Shown here: piece after piece, positions 13,146-26,952 of the stretch | Position numbering within the stretch: the first letter of the stretch is position 1 | Layout of the letters: every line of letters starts with the position of its first letter | Assembly (NCBI RefSeq): GCF_009914755.1 | Contig: NC_060930.1 | DNA length: 64,000 nt | Strand: one strand, 5' to 3' | Origin: the human T2T-CHM13v2.0 reference genome, Homo sapiens | Made by a program: the position numbers and the translations under genes | Notes under the pieces: generated by a model | Databases searched by the model: none | What the model was told of the DNA's origin: nothing | What the model saw: the letters and a program-made list of their open reading frames with translations, nothing else

Positions 13146-15612
13146 TGATGGACCAAAAAAACCCACAAAAATTGAATAGTAAAAAGTACCGGATGCCTAA
13201 ATGTCTTTTAATGGGGGAATAGATAAGTAAATATATGAGTTACAGTTTATATATGTTATATAACCATTGAGATAATCATATCTTTACAATTTTAGTATTT
13301 TAAAGCAGTGACTTCTAATAAATTTTCTAATGTAAAGCCAAACTTGAATCCCTGGAACAAAACAAACTTTTCTGTGATGTTACATTTTTATACATTAGTA
13401 AATTTGGTTTACTGTTTTGTTTAGAATTTGTCATCAATGTTCATGAGTGACAATAGCCATAATTTTACTTTCACATACTGTTCTTATATGATTTTGGAAC
13501 CAGGAATATATTACTTGTAAAAATCAAACAGAGTCGATTCTGTATTTTAACATTCTCTGAAAATGTTTGTATAATATGGGAATTACTTGCTTATTTTACA
13601 TTCAATATAACTAACCTATAAAGCATCTGGGCTTGATGTTTTTATTGTGGAAAAATATGTGAGCTACTGATTCAGTGAGGTTCTGTTTTTTTTTTTTCAT
13701 TTTTCATAGTTTATATAATTTTATGAATTTTATTTTACACCTAAGTTTCAAATATGTTGGCATAACCTTTTTACAATAATCTCTTGTTACATTTTGATCT
13801 CTGCTACATGTATAATATTTTGCCCTTTTTCATTCCCTCTACCTTCTCACCTCTCCGTATGACATCAAAAATAAGATACTGTGAAATGGCTCATGAAGGA
13901 ATTCAAAGTTCTACCGAAAATCAATAAAGGCTTTCGAACAGAATTTGGTAAGAAATGTATCTTACTTTCTACAGACATTTTAAACTGGAGAAGAGAAGTG
14001 AAAGGACAAATAAAATAGTATATATGAATAATCCTACAAATTTTACATGGTAGAGAGAAAATTTACACATTTACTGAGCAGTGACTTCTTTGGATTCACA
14101 GATTATAAAGGAACAAATATATGTTTTAAAATAATTAAAAATGTATTACGAAAATATTGCATATAATCCAAAAACTAATTCTTGAAAATGAAACTATTTA
14201 GCAGAAACCTGAAAACAAATATGGATATGGATGAGTAGTCATGTAGATACCTAAAAATTTTTCATATATATATATTTATTTTCTCTATAATATAGCAAAA
14301 CACTCAAATCTTTAGTGAAGGTCATCGCTTGTCTTATGTGGAGTCAAAGTTTGCATTTGTAGTGGACAGCTTGTTGATCTAATTACCAAACTAATTTTTA
14401 TTTAGGCTGTTCTCACATAGTATTGTACTGATTGGATGAGAATTTCACATCATTTTTTTTTTCATGGTAAATGGATACATTAAAGATGCTAAGGAAGAAA
14501 TCTTTCTCTAGAAATTTACTCTTTACTATTATCTTTCTACCTAAATTCAAAAAGGGAATACTATGGCTCTGAGCATCCTTGTGCCTCTGAATTTCTCTCT
14601 TTTTTTGCCTACCATCTGCCAGTGAATTGAACTATGCACAGCTTTAAGTAGTTTTAATCTTAAACAAAGTTTAAGCTGAAAGAAATCTCTCATCACCTAG
14701 TTGACACTTGCGTTTTGCAGCTGAAAAGAATGAGTTTATGGAGCTAGGGACTATCCTCACCAGGCTTGGGCTTCCTACAAGGACCATTTACCATACAACA
14801 GGAAAGTCCTGTGGCAGCCTTTCCACATCTGTCATGGGAACTTTAACTGTCAGGCAGTCTAGTATCTGCTGAGAACAATTTTGCCAGTCCTGTTTTCTTA
14901 ACCACAACACTTTAGACACATATAAACTACACATTTTTCCTTATTTTATGCTTGTATTTTGGTGCTGCCTATTTTGTTTGCATTATACTATGTGGTGGGA
15001 TATATCTGAAACTATGGGATGTGGTTTATTTAAAATATGGAATCCTAATAAAATCTGGGCAGTTTAATACATTTCCTGAATCACTTTCACAGAGCAATTA
15101 CTAATCACTTGCCACTCTCATCCTACCTTTTTCATTTATGTAATCATAAGTGATCTTCATGTAATATTATTCTTTCTCTTTATATTTTCCTTTATATCCA
15201 TTTTTCATTTTTTATATTAGCACAGTAGGTCAGAACAATGTAGACACTCACTTAGAGACATTTAATGATTTCCTTTTTAGAATGAAAAAAGAAAACTTGA
15301 CTTCAGTATGTGAAAGCCTGAAGATTTAAAGGATAAGCAGAAAGTTAATAGCAAATGTCTGTGCATGTCGATTGCTTTTAATCACTTTAGCTTACCACAG
15401 TTCAACAGGATTTGTTATAAAGTCCAATACCCACTAATCGAATCCAGAATTCCTCTGCTTACTAAAGAAGGCAGTCTTTCTAATTGGATCTTGGGTTACT
15501 AAGAAGCTCAGACTTCTTTTTATGAATTTACCATTTCCCATCCCCATTACCAACATTTTTTTCCTTCAAAAATTTAAAACAGATTAAATGCTTGAAGAGG
15601 TTAAAGAAGTGA

Positions 15613-17157
15613 GAGAGTTTCCCCAATGTTTCTTTTAGTAATTTCACAGTTTGAGGTCTTAGATTTGTCTTCCTTGAGTAATACCCTACAGAGCAAAAGT
15701 GGACAAATTACATCAACTTAAAATAATGTAATTTTAAGGGATTTCATCTGCTTAAAAAGCTTCTGCATAGCAAACAACAAAGAGACAACCCACAGAATGG
15801 GAGAAAATATTTGAAAACTATCCATTTGACAGGGATTAATAACCCGAATATACAAGGAGCTCAAATAACTCTATAGGAAAAATCTAATAATCCGACCAAA
15901 AATGGAAAAAAGATCTGAAAAGATCTTCTCAAAAGAAGACATATAAATGTCAAACAAGCATATGAAAAGGTTCTCAACATAACTGATCATCAGACAAATG
16001 GAAATTAAAACTATAATGAGATATCATCTCACACCAGTTAAGACAGCTTTTACTCAAGGTAACAAATGCTGCTGAGGATGTGGAGAAAAAGGGAACTCTC
16101 ATACGCTGTTGGTTAGAAATTGTATTAGTACAACCACTACGGAGAGTGGTTTGGAGATTCCTCAAAGTAAAAATAGAGGTACCGTATCTATTTAGGTACC
16201 GTACACATAGAGTAGCAATCCCACTGCTATGTGTATATTCAAAATAAAGGAAATTAGTATACCTAACAGATATCTGTACTTACATGTTTACTGCAGCACT
16301 ATTCACAATAGCCAAGATTTGGAAGCAACCTGTGTCCATCAATAGACAAATGGATAAAGGTAATGTGGTGTATAGACACAATGGAATACTATTCAGCCAT
16401 AAAAAAGAATGAGATCCCGTTATTTGCAACGACATGGGTGGAACTGGAGGTCATTATGTTAAGTGAAATAAGCCAGGCACAGAAAGACAAACTTCACTTA
16501 GTCTCACTTACTTGTGGGAGCTAAAAATTAAAACAATTGAGCTCATAGAGATCGTAGAACAATGATTACCAGAGGCTAGGAAGGGTAATGTCGTAAGGAG
16601 TGGGAATGGTTAATGGGTATAAAAATATAGAAAGAATGAATAAGATCTAGTATTTGATAGCATAACAAATGACTACAGCCAACAATAATTTATTGCAGGC
16701 TGGGCACAGTGGCTCACGCCTAGAATCTCAACAATTTGGAGGGCTAATGTGGGTGGATTGCTTGAGCCCAGAAATTCAAGACCAGCCTGGGCAACTTGTG
16801 AGACCCTGTCTCTAAAAAAATACAAAAATTATCTAGGTATGGTTTTCATGCCTGTAGTCCCAGCTACTTGGGAGGCTGAGGTGGGAGGATGACTTGAGGC
16901 TGGGAGGTTGAGGCTGCAGTGAGCTATCCAGCCTGGGTGACAAAGTGAGACCCTGTCTCAAAAAATTTATTGTACATTTAAAAATAACTAAAAGAGTAGA
17001 ACTGGAACGTTTGCAATACAAAGAAAGGATAAATGCTTGAGGTGATAGATACCCCATTTATCCTTATAAAATTATGTATTGTATGCCTGAATCAAAATAT
17101 CTCATGTATCCCATAAATATATATAACTACTATGTACCCCCCAAAATGAAAAATAAT
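15613..17157 (+). mobile_element. 5'-truncated L1MA-type element with a short 5' inversion, interrupted by an Alu
   Basis: Sense ORF2 end and 3'UTR (…cagccataaaaaagaatgagatcc…; …caaaatatctcatgtatcccataaatatatataactactatgtaccc). Antisense piece at about 15613-15666. Confidence 0.88.
16698..16963 (+). mobile_element. Alu (AluJ-like) nested in the L1MA
   Basis: ggctgggcacagtggctcacgcc…gagaccctgtctcaaaa. TSD aatttattgca / aatttattgta. Short deletion in the right arm. Confidence 0.93.
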
Positions 17158-17386
17158 AAGTGGGATACAAGAGACAAGTGAGATCTACACTCTTAGAGTA
17201 GGCTCAGTCTGTGTAAGCTAGTGAAAGCATGCCCTATTTCAAGGGGCTACTTGCAACTTAGTTCCAACCTATTTTTTTTTGTCATGCAAAAAAAACTTTT
17301 GTAGACAAGTTTAAAATTAAAATTCACAATAAAACAGAATTTCAATATGAATTTTCACAATTTTGGAAAATAAGCAATCAATCTTA

Positions 17387-17432
17387 TCTATCTATCTACC
17401 TACCTACCTATCTACCTACCTATCTATTTATC
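17387..17432. repeat. (CTAT/CTAC)n tetranucleotide repeat
   Basis: Directly visible. Confidence 0.8.
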
Positions 17433-18810
17433 TTTGTGCACCAAGACCTAAGGGTAAAGCAGTATTAATATTTGCCATAAGATATTTATTTACTAGTGTT
17501 CTTTTTCAATTGAACATTTCAAGTTAAATGCTCAAGAGAGGCTCCTCCTTCATCTGCCTCTTTCTTACTGTTTCTTCCATTTTTTCCCAGTGAACACACA
17601 AATTTCCTAAAAAAAACAGTGCTTTTATTTCCACTTCTTCATAAAGTAGTCACATCTTCCCACTTATATGAACTCACTCACCTGGAATTTGAGACAGAAA
17701 CACATTTCTAATACTCTGATTCTACAATAAGACACCATGACTTTAAGTAAGCAAACAAACACTATTACCACTTTGGCAAACATTAATATCTGTAAATCAC
17801 AATTATTTTGAATTAACATGGTTTTAGGCATACCCTTAATCCTTAGGGAGTTCTGTGTCTTTTTTTAAAAGAATGCAAATGAGGCAATAATGAATCAGGG
17901 TAAAATTTAAGAAGTTGCTTTCACCTCTTTATTGAAGTTACATCTTAGCAAATAAAAATAGTCTTCCTTCTTTTTAATATTTCATATTTTTTAGTGGATT
18001 CAGCCATGGATATTCTTTTAAAATTACACTGTTGGCCCCCTTACAGCTGAAGTGGGTATTAACACTTATAACTCTAAGGTCTGTTATCTATAAAGCCTTG
18101 TATATTTTCAAAGGAAAGTGTTCCAAAATGTCTATTTAGAAAAATAAATAACATTTTCTTTCCTTTCAGAATAGAAACAGTATTCTTTTAATTTGGACCT
18201 TCAACTGAAAGTCATGGGTTTTGGTTACTGAAGCAAATGTTTCCTTTAAGAATGTTTACTGAACTGAAAACATTTTACTAAGAAATGTGAGCTTTATTTA
18301 GTTATCTGTAGTTACTGTGAGATCAAAGTAAAAGGAACCTAATTCTCAAAGCATCCTCTTCAAACCTCAACTTTTTTTACCTCAGGAAATTGATGTCATG
18401 AAAATATTTTCCATATCCCGCAAGAAAAGGTTCCCCCCCAAGAAATTTTTCAAGGTATTCATATGCTTAATATAAATAAATTTAAACTTTTATATGCAAA
18501 TAAATATAAGAATGTTATGAAAAATTTGAATGAAGGGAAGAGCGATTGATAGAACTCAAGGAAGATACAGTTCAAATCAGGAAGATAAACGAAACATGTA
18601 TTACAATGATCCCAATCAGAAGAAATCTATGGAATCATGGGCCTCCTATAGGAAAAGAAATAACCAAATTTCATTTTTATACAAATAATAACCTGAATAA
18701 ATTGAAAAATACACCAATTTCTTCGATGGGATGACTGAATATTATCATTAAGTCAATTCTTTGTAAATTATGTATTTAATATAATGGATATTTGGGGGAT
18801 GTAGTTTTGA

Positions 18811-19160
<350 letters not shown>

Positions 19161-19289
19161 AAGAAGGATTTTATTAAAGGACTAAGGCGTGGTGTTATGT
19201 CAGATTTAAAATGTAATATAGAGACACATTCATTAAAAGTGTGGCATTTGCACGAAATAAATAGACTAAAGAGATGGAAAGACACAAGA

Positions 19290-19450
19290 TGAGTTGGGTT
19301 GAAATCCCGGTTCTACCATTTTTCAAGTAGGAAACATTGGACAACTTCCCTAACCTTGCTAAGCTACAATTATGTCATTTTTTAAAAATAAAAAGTTACA
19401 AAAATTACTTCATGGGATTGTCATGAGGACAACATAGAACTCAGGTAAGA
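19290..19450 (+). mobile_element. MIR fragment
   Basis: gggttgaaatcccggttctaccatt…tacttcatgggattgtcatgagga resembles the MIR core. Confidence 0.6.
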
Positions 19451-19789
19451 TATGATTTTAAAAATTATTAATATCAGCTATTGTTATCACAGAATAGAAA
19501 TTCCAGAGACAGACACAATTTAAGCACGTTATGTGTCATGGATGAACATTTTGTATTAGTAGGGAAAGAATGGGTTAGGTAATAAATGGATAAAAAATGT
19601 GTTTATATAGAAAATAGATTCTTGTCTTGCACCTTGAATAAAAATAAAGTCCAGTTGGGTTAAATATTTTATTGTAAGAAATGAAGCCAAAGAAAAGATA
19701 GGTAGTCATGTACCTCTTCTTGGAGTATTAAAGATCTTTCTAAGCATAACTCCAAAAGCAGAAGCCATAAAGGGATGACAATGTGGACA

Positions 19790-21060
19790 ATCCTTGGTCC
19801 TCATCATACGTGACCCATATATAGCATTTAACACCTCTTTCTTCTTGAAACCCTTTTTTGAGACTCTAGGGCTCAAGACTCTCAGTTTTCTCTTACTTCA
19901 TAAATCACTATTTCTCAGTCTCCTCAAACTACTCTGCTCTGATCTCTTAAGGATGGAATGTCTCGGTGCCCCATTTATCATCTTGTACAGTCTGCTGGAT
20001 TTAAATATGATCTATATGCCGCTTATTATATCCTCACTGAAGACTTCATATCCCTTCCCAATTCTTTTATATGCAACTGCCTACTCAAAAGCTCCATCTA
20101 GATGTGTAGCAGATTTCTCAAATATAACATGCCCCAAACTGAAATTCTAATATTTGCCAGCAAATATTGTCCACTCATAGCCTTTTCCATTTTGGTTGAT
20201 GGCAGTTTCATCCTTCCAGTTGCTCACTCGAATGTCTTTGTGATCATTTTCTTTCCCTTTTAGACACTCTACATCTAATTCATCATGAAATCAATTCAAA
20301 TTTAAAAATATACTTAGAATATGCTCACCACCCCTATAGTTACCACATTTATGCAAACCATCATTATTTGTTTCCTGGACTATTGCAATTGCATTATTTC
20401 TAACTTGTCTCCTAATTCTTATTTGCCCCTCCTTATAGTCTAGTCTCAACAGAGCAGTCAGAATGATCCCTTTTGAAATGCAAGCCAGGACTGCTCAAAA
20501 CCCTGTAATTTTTTTTTTCCATTTCACTCAAAGAAAAAGCCAAAGGATTTACAATAGCCTTCAAGGATCCTCTCTTATTCTCTTCCTTACTCACTTATCT
20601 CCAGCCACACTGGCCACATGTTGTTTGTTGAACACATGTTAGAATCTTGACTGTAACTATTCCCTCAGACTGAGATGTTCTGTTCCCAGTTGTGAAGTGG
20701 AGTAATACCCACATCTTCTCCAGTTCTTTGCTTACATCTCTTCTTAAAATTGCCTTCCCGACCACTTAGTAAATACTGCAACCTGCCCCCTTTCACCACC
20801 CCTCCAAATTTCCCATCTTCTGTATCTTACTGCACTTTCTCTATTTTTTTGCATAGCTTTTATCGCCAATTAATATGCTCTAAAATGTACTTCTATATTA
20901 GGCGTGTGTGTGTGTGTTGGGGGGGTGTTTTTAATCATCTGTACTCCCCTGCCAGAATGAGCTACTTGAAGACATGACAATGCTTTTTATCGTGGCTGTG
21001 TGCCTAGAACAGTATCTGATAGTAGTAAGCATTCAAGATGTTTCTTAAAATAAATTCATA
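19790..21060 (+). mobile_element. L2 3' fragment
   Basis: C/T-rich L2 motifs ending in gtgcctagaacagtatctgatagtagtaagcattcaa. Confidence 0.75.
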
Positions 21061-22343
21061 AATTAATAAATATAAATGTAAAGTACATATGCATTAAAAC
21101 ACAAAAGAAAGCTTTGAAAAATAATCCTACCATATATACATATATATGTTAGACACCTTAATATTTGAGAGATAATATCTTATATAAATAGCTCTTAAAA
21201 TTTGTGAGGAAAAAACATTTCAATACAGAGTAGACAAAGAACAAGAACAACAATTAATTTAAAAAATACAAATAATCATTAAACATATGAAAGAACTGTT
21301 CAGCCCCACGAAACAAATGCAAATAGAAATTAAAATGGCATATCAAATGCAAATCGAGTTGGCATACATTTTATATTATAATATAATCTACAAGTGAGGT
21401 TTGCTGAATTTAGCAATATTATATAAACCTAGTGAGTGTATAGGCTGGAAATAGCCTCTCTAAAAACCCTTGACTTACATAATATATCAAAAAACCCCTA
21501 ATGATCTGATATTTTCCCTGAAAATCCATTCTAAGATGAATAAAATATTAGAAATAAGAATGTTCATTAAAATTATATTAAAATAACTGCTCCCAATCAA
21601 AAGTGGGATCAGTTAAATTAACATACACATTTAACATACACACAAGTTAAGGGTAGGCTATGTCGGTGTATACACACACACACACATACACAATATGTAT
21701 GTGTGTGTGTGTATATATATAGTCTATGAATATATATGTAATATATATTAATACTTATTTTACTAATTTAACATGTTTCCTCTGTGTGGTAGAATTACAA
21801 GTAAGTATTTTTTGTGATTTTCCATATTTTCTAAATATTTAAAAAATAATTTTTTAAATTATTGGAAAACAAGCCAATAAACTCCACTACAACTGCTTTG
21901 GTCAACAATAAAGCAGTAGATGTAAAATATAGGTTTCATAGTACACACTATTTTATTTGGCAGGCAGGCCTTCCAGAAGTCTACTTGCCCAAGAGGCTGA
22001 GATACATCTAAAAATTATTCCCACAATATTTCGGGGGGCAACTCTGCAGCATGTTTGTGGCCCTGTGGAAGACGAACTCATAAAATATGGATTATTATCA
22101 TTAGCAAATAGGTCTCTGCATCTGTTCTCATAAAGCTGGCAATGCCTTGGAAAGATCAATATTTTAATGACATCCACCTATTTTCCAAACTTGCACCCTT
22201 AGAGTCATCACTCACTGTCCTTCTCCCAAACCTTTATCTTTTATCACCGTCACCTTACATACACTCACAAGCAATTCTTAGTTTCACTGCTTCTGCATGG
22301 GAATAACCTCTCTCATATGATTCTTCCACCTTATCTCCCCCCT

Positions 22344-22713
22344 TGTCAGTTTGGGCTGCTATAACAAAGTACCATAAGCAGGGTGGTTTATAAATAATAG
22401 AGATTTATTTCTCACAATTCTAGCAGTTCTAGAAGCTGGGAAGTCCACGATAAAAGTGCTGGCAGACTCAGTATCTGGTGAGGGCTGTTTTTAGCTTTGT
22501 AGATGGTGCTTGGCATCTTCTTTCCTCCTACCATGTCTTCACATGGCAGAAGTGGCAAATAAATTCCCTTGGGCCTCTTTTATGAGGGAACTAATTCTAT
22601 TCATGGAGGAAGTCCTAATCACCTCCCAGAGGCCTCACCTTTTAATACCATCACACTGGTGATTTAGGTTTCAACATAAACATTTTGGAAACACAAAGAT
22701 TCAGACCATAGCA
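22344..22713 (-). mobile_element. ERVL-MaLR solo LTR (MSTD/MLT1A-like)
   Basis: TG…CA ends, gggctgctataacaaagtaccata, right end ttcagaccatagca. Perfect 5-bp TSD cccct at 22339-22343 and 22714-22718. Confidence 0.9.
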
Positions 22714-22890
22714 CCCCTCATCATTTTTCACCAGGAGCAACACTATTCCAACAGTGTTCTCTTTAGTCTCTGGGTCTCTGGTCTTCAGACCTTTTGTACT
22801 TTTTTTTTTACAATTTGTGTGCCTTTTATTTATTTTTATTGCTTAATTGCCCTGGTCAATCTAGTAAAAAGTTTGTCAATTTTGTTGATC

Positions 22891-23298
22891 TTGTTTGTTT
22901 GTTTTTATATATACTTTAAGTTCTGGGATACATGTGCAGAACGTGCAGTTTTGTTACACAGGTATACATGTGCCATGATGGTTTGCTGCACCTATCAACC
23001 CGTCACCTACATTAGGTATTTCTCCTAAAGTTATCCCTCCCCTAACCCCCTACCCCTTGACAGGCCCCGGTGTGTGATGTTCCCCTCCCTGTGTCCATGT
23101 GTTCTCATTGTTCAGCTCCTACTTATGAGTGAGAACATGTGGTGTTTGGTTTTCTGGTCGTGTGATAGTTTACTGAAAATGATGGTTTCCAGCTTCATCC
23201 ATGTCCCTGCAAAGGACATGAACTCATGCTTTTTTATGGCTGCATAGTATTCCATGGTGTGTATGTGCCACATTTTCTTAATCCAGTCTATCATTGAT
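22891..23298 (-). mobile_element. L1PA 3' fragment (about L1PA6-8)
   Basis: tatactttaagttctgggatacatgtgcag… . ORF 23112..23294 (MIDWIKKMWHIHTMEYYAAIKK…) is the L1 ORF2p C-terminus. Confidence 0.95.
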
Positions 23299-26200
23299 CT
23301 TTACAGTACCCAGGATAACAGTCCATCTTCTAAATAAAATTTAGATTAAGTTCTCTAACACAAAGCGTTAATCAAATGATCCCTGTTTAAAAACCTCCAG
23401 TAGCTGTCCACTGTTTTCAGTATTAAAAAAAAATAAAATAAAGACAAAAACAAGAAATACTTCACCCCAGGTTTGCTTCCAAGTATCTCCTCTGGGTTAT
23501 TATGACACTTTAAGTTTGTCTCTGCTCCTACTGGAAACTCTCCAAGGTCAGTAACCTGAGCTTACTCTTATATGCATCCTTCCTAATACTAGACCACTTC
23601 ACTCTTTGAATTAGGTATATGCATACATACATACACACACACATACAAACATACACTCGTATATAAGGTAAATAAACTGTTGGGCAGAATAGAAAATTTT
23701 TCAATACAATGTATGAAAATAAAATGCATAATGTAATTTTGGGCTAGGAGGACAGAGGGTACTATGATTTTTACATTTCTTGGGAAATCTGTTAAAAGTT
23801 CCATTAGAAAAAGACATAATTTTTATAAAATAGTATTATTTAACCTGAAAAGTCTTTAGTAGATGTAGCCATACATGATTCTTACAGTTAATCATACTTA
23901 CACAGATTTTTTTAAAAGTTAAGTCAGTACAAGAAGTTTTGAATGTGGATACATACAACTTCCTGACTATGCAATTTGACATGATTTTCACATTTAATTA
24001 GATAGATTAAAAAATTATTGAGGAAAAGGATGGTGCTTCATCACGCTTTTTTAAAATTAACCAGTTTGCCTAACAGCAGAGAGACTTTCACATAGAAGAT
24101 AACCAATAAACCTTTTTTTGGTTAAATTAGTACTTTTAAATAATTCATAAAACAATTCTAAATGGTCATAATTGATAGAAATAATTTATATTGTATATTA
24201 TGCTCTCTATTGAAGAGAGATTTTAAGTAAATGGAAAAAAAACTGTCACTTCTAGAAGAGGGTTCCAACTGTTTGACTTAAGATTATTAAATTCTCCACA
24301 TCCTCCATTCCATTGGCTTTCATTCTTTAACCTAACCTTCACTGATACTATTAAATAAGTCTGGTATTCTAAACTGAGAAGTAATTTTATAAGAATGAGC
24401 CACTGTGATCCAACAATATATATTACTTCTATTTAGTCTAAACCCAGAGTTAGAAATATTTTGGCAATATATGAGAAAGCTGTTCAACTAAAAAGCTAAG
24501 AGATTCCTGAATTTGGACTATTGGAGTTATCAGTGCTTCTAATTGTGTGTTTTCGGGGTGGTGTGTCTAAGGGCTGGGCATATAACCATTAACTGGTTAT
24601 ATTACATTAAGCTAAAAAAACAGTCATGTGATAATAGTTTATGTTCAGTACAACACTGGCCAATTCAATCCAATGTTCCAAAGGAAAAGTCTGTGTTACA
24701 TTATATTCAGGGGCAAGAATGTATGTGCATAAAATTTCCTTGTAAATATGAACTTTCAAGTGAGAAAAAATCGAAAATAAACATGAAAAGAAGTTTAAAA
24801 ATAAAAAGCTTAATGTGTTTTATGCAAACACCATGGCGCAACAAGAAAATTTCCAAATTAAGGCCATATGTGTTAAGAAGTATGCAACAAGTATTTGGTT
24901 AAAAACAAGATATTGAAAACAAGATTAATAAGATGAGACATTTACAGAATGGGTAAGAGGTGATCAAAAAGGTAATGAGTTTTGAAATTTCCATCTCTTA
25001 TGCCAAGGGAAGAATCATATCATTTTCTGGCCTCAATTCTTACTATACTATAAAAGCCAAATTTAAGCCCCCAAAAGAAGAAATATTAGACTGAGAAGAA
25101 ACTAATAGTATTAATAGATAAGGCTTTCTTTTCTCGAAGGTGATAGCAGCAAGAAAAAATCATTTTAAAATTAAGAATATTTATTTTTAAAAGGTAAAAA
25201 TTAACCATAATGAGTTGTACTGATTTTAAACTTGCAATATTATGTCTGAAGGAAATAAAATAACAGCTGAAACCTAGGATTAATGTCATACTAGGTGCAA
25301 TTAGTGATAAAAACAAAGAAACATCCATATCTGTAATTTTTGGAATTACTATAATCACACTAATTTAATTAAAATTGCCAAGAAAAGCAAACAAAATATT
25401 TTGATTAACTATGTTTGTTTTGAATCTAAGAAATTTTCATGAAAAGGGTATGAGCATATACTTTGATTTATCTTCTAGTGTAACAGAATTCTTTTGCATA
25501 TGAGGAAATGCAATTATCCCAATATCGTATTCTGTAGATAATGGAAAAGTCAGTGAAAAAATTGAAGTACCCGTTAGGAGGACACTGGAGAATTTCAAGA
25601 AAATGAAGCAGAAAACCATAACACTTGGCCCCATGGAAAGTGAAAAGCTACCAGCCATATTCTCCGTCCTGTAATCTCTCAGTTTCATGAGCCTCGACTT
25701 TACTTCCCTGTGTATATCTGCACTCGAAGACTCTGCCTATGACCTTTTCAGCCTCTGGATCCCAAAAAAGATGTTCTACCTATCAGATATGTGTTGAAGA
25801 GTTTCCTTGGTCCAGTGAGCTGTGACTTGTGAGAATGGAGATCACAATGTATATTATTCCCTGTGCCTACCCTTTTATCCTAGAGTATCAACCAACATAA
25901 ATTAATGGTGCTGATGTAAGCATGGAAACAATGATTTACAAAACACAACAACAAAAAACAAAAAACTGTTAAACTGTGATTAAAAAGAAAATCAACAAAC
26001 AAAAAACCCTTCTACTGATGAATCCAGTGTTCATTCTTTTTTACTTTTCCGACTCAGGAAACACTTGACAATCAATTTTTCTACTACTTGCCCATTTGAT
26101 CAGCATGGATGAAATGCTGTGGGAGTGGCAGGGTGGGTTTAGACATGTTTACTTTCTTGGTGAGCTTGAAGTTTGTGATCTAAGTATAGTCTGTTGCATG

Positions 26201-26863
26201 AAGATTAACCACTTTCATTTTTAGCTTATTACAGTAGAATCAGAACTTTTATATGTGTTATTTTTAAATGTTGATTAAATGAATGTCAGTTTAAAATTTC
26301 CTGTAGCTCAGAAACAGCTTTTTCCAACTATCCATATTACCTGTGGATATCTAGAAATAGATGAAGATTATATTATCCCTAAAGACAAAAACTAATTGAT
26401 CACCTATTGCCAAAATCAGAGATGCTTATATTAATATAAAGATGTTGGAGATGAACTAAAGCAAATAGAAGTATTAAAATGTATACCCATTTTTTTTTTA
26501 CCACTGATATAAACAATCCAACCACTTGTAAAAAACATATATAAAGGCACTTTGTTCATCTTTGTTCATTCAGACTTCTGTGGCTCAGGAGCCTTGGTTA
26601 TACACACTTGAAAATCCAACAGTCCAACCACATGTATTGTTATCAAGGCATCATTCTAGAAATTCTGTATCTCATCTCAGTTTTGCACAACTCAGGGAAG
26701 CAGACATCATTACATCATCCATTCTTACAAATATAGAACTGAGAAACAAAGAGGTTTATCTGGCTAGTAATGGGAATTTAAAAAATTTCTTCTTGAGAAA
26801 CTCAAAAACAAATTATATGAAGAAAGATTTGCTATTTGGTAGCTTTTAAACATGGTTTATTAA

Positions 26864-26952
26864 GCAGCACACCAACATAGCACATGTGTACATATGTAAC
26901 TAACCTGCACGTTGTGCACATGTACCCTAAAACTTAAAGTATAATAAAAAAA
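26864..26952 (+). mobile_element. Short young L1PA 3' terminus
   Basis: gcagcacaccaacatagcacatg…gtaccctaaaacttaaagtataataaaaaaa. Confidence 0.9.

Noticed and set aside
23112-23294. 60-aa ORF with a recognisable protein sequence
   Set aside because: It is the L1 ORF2p C-terminal remnant of a truncated element.
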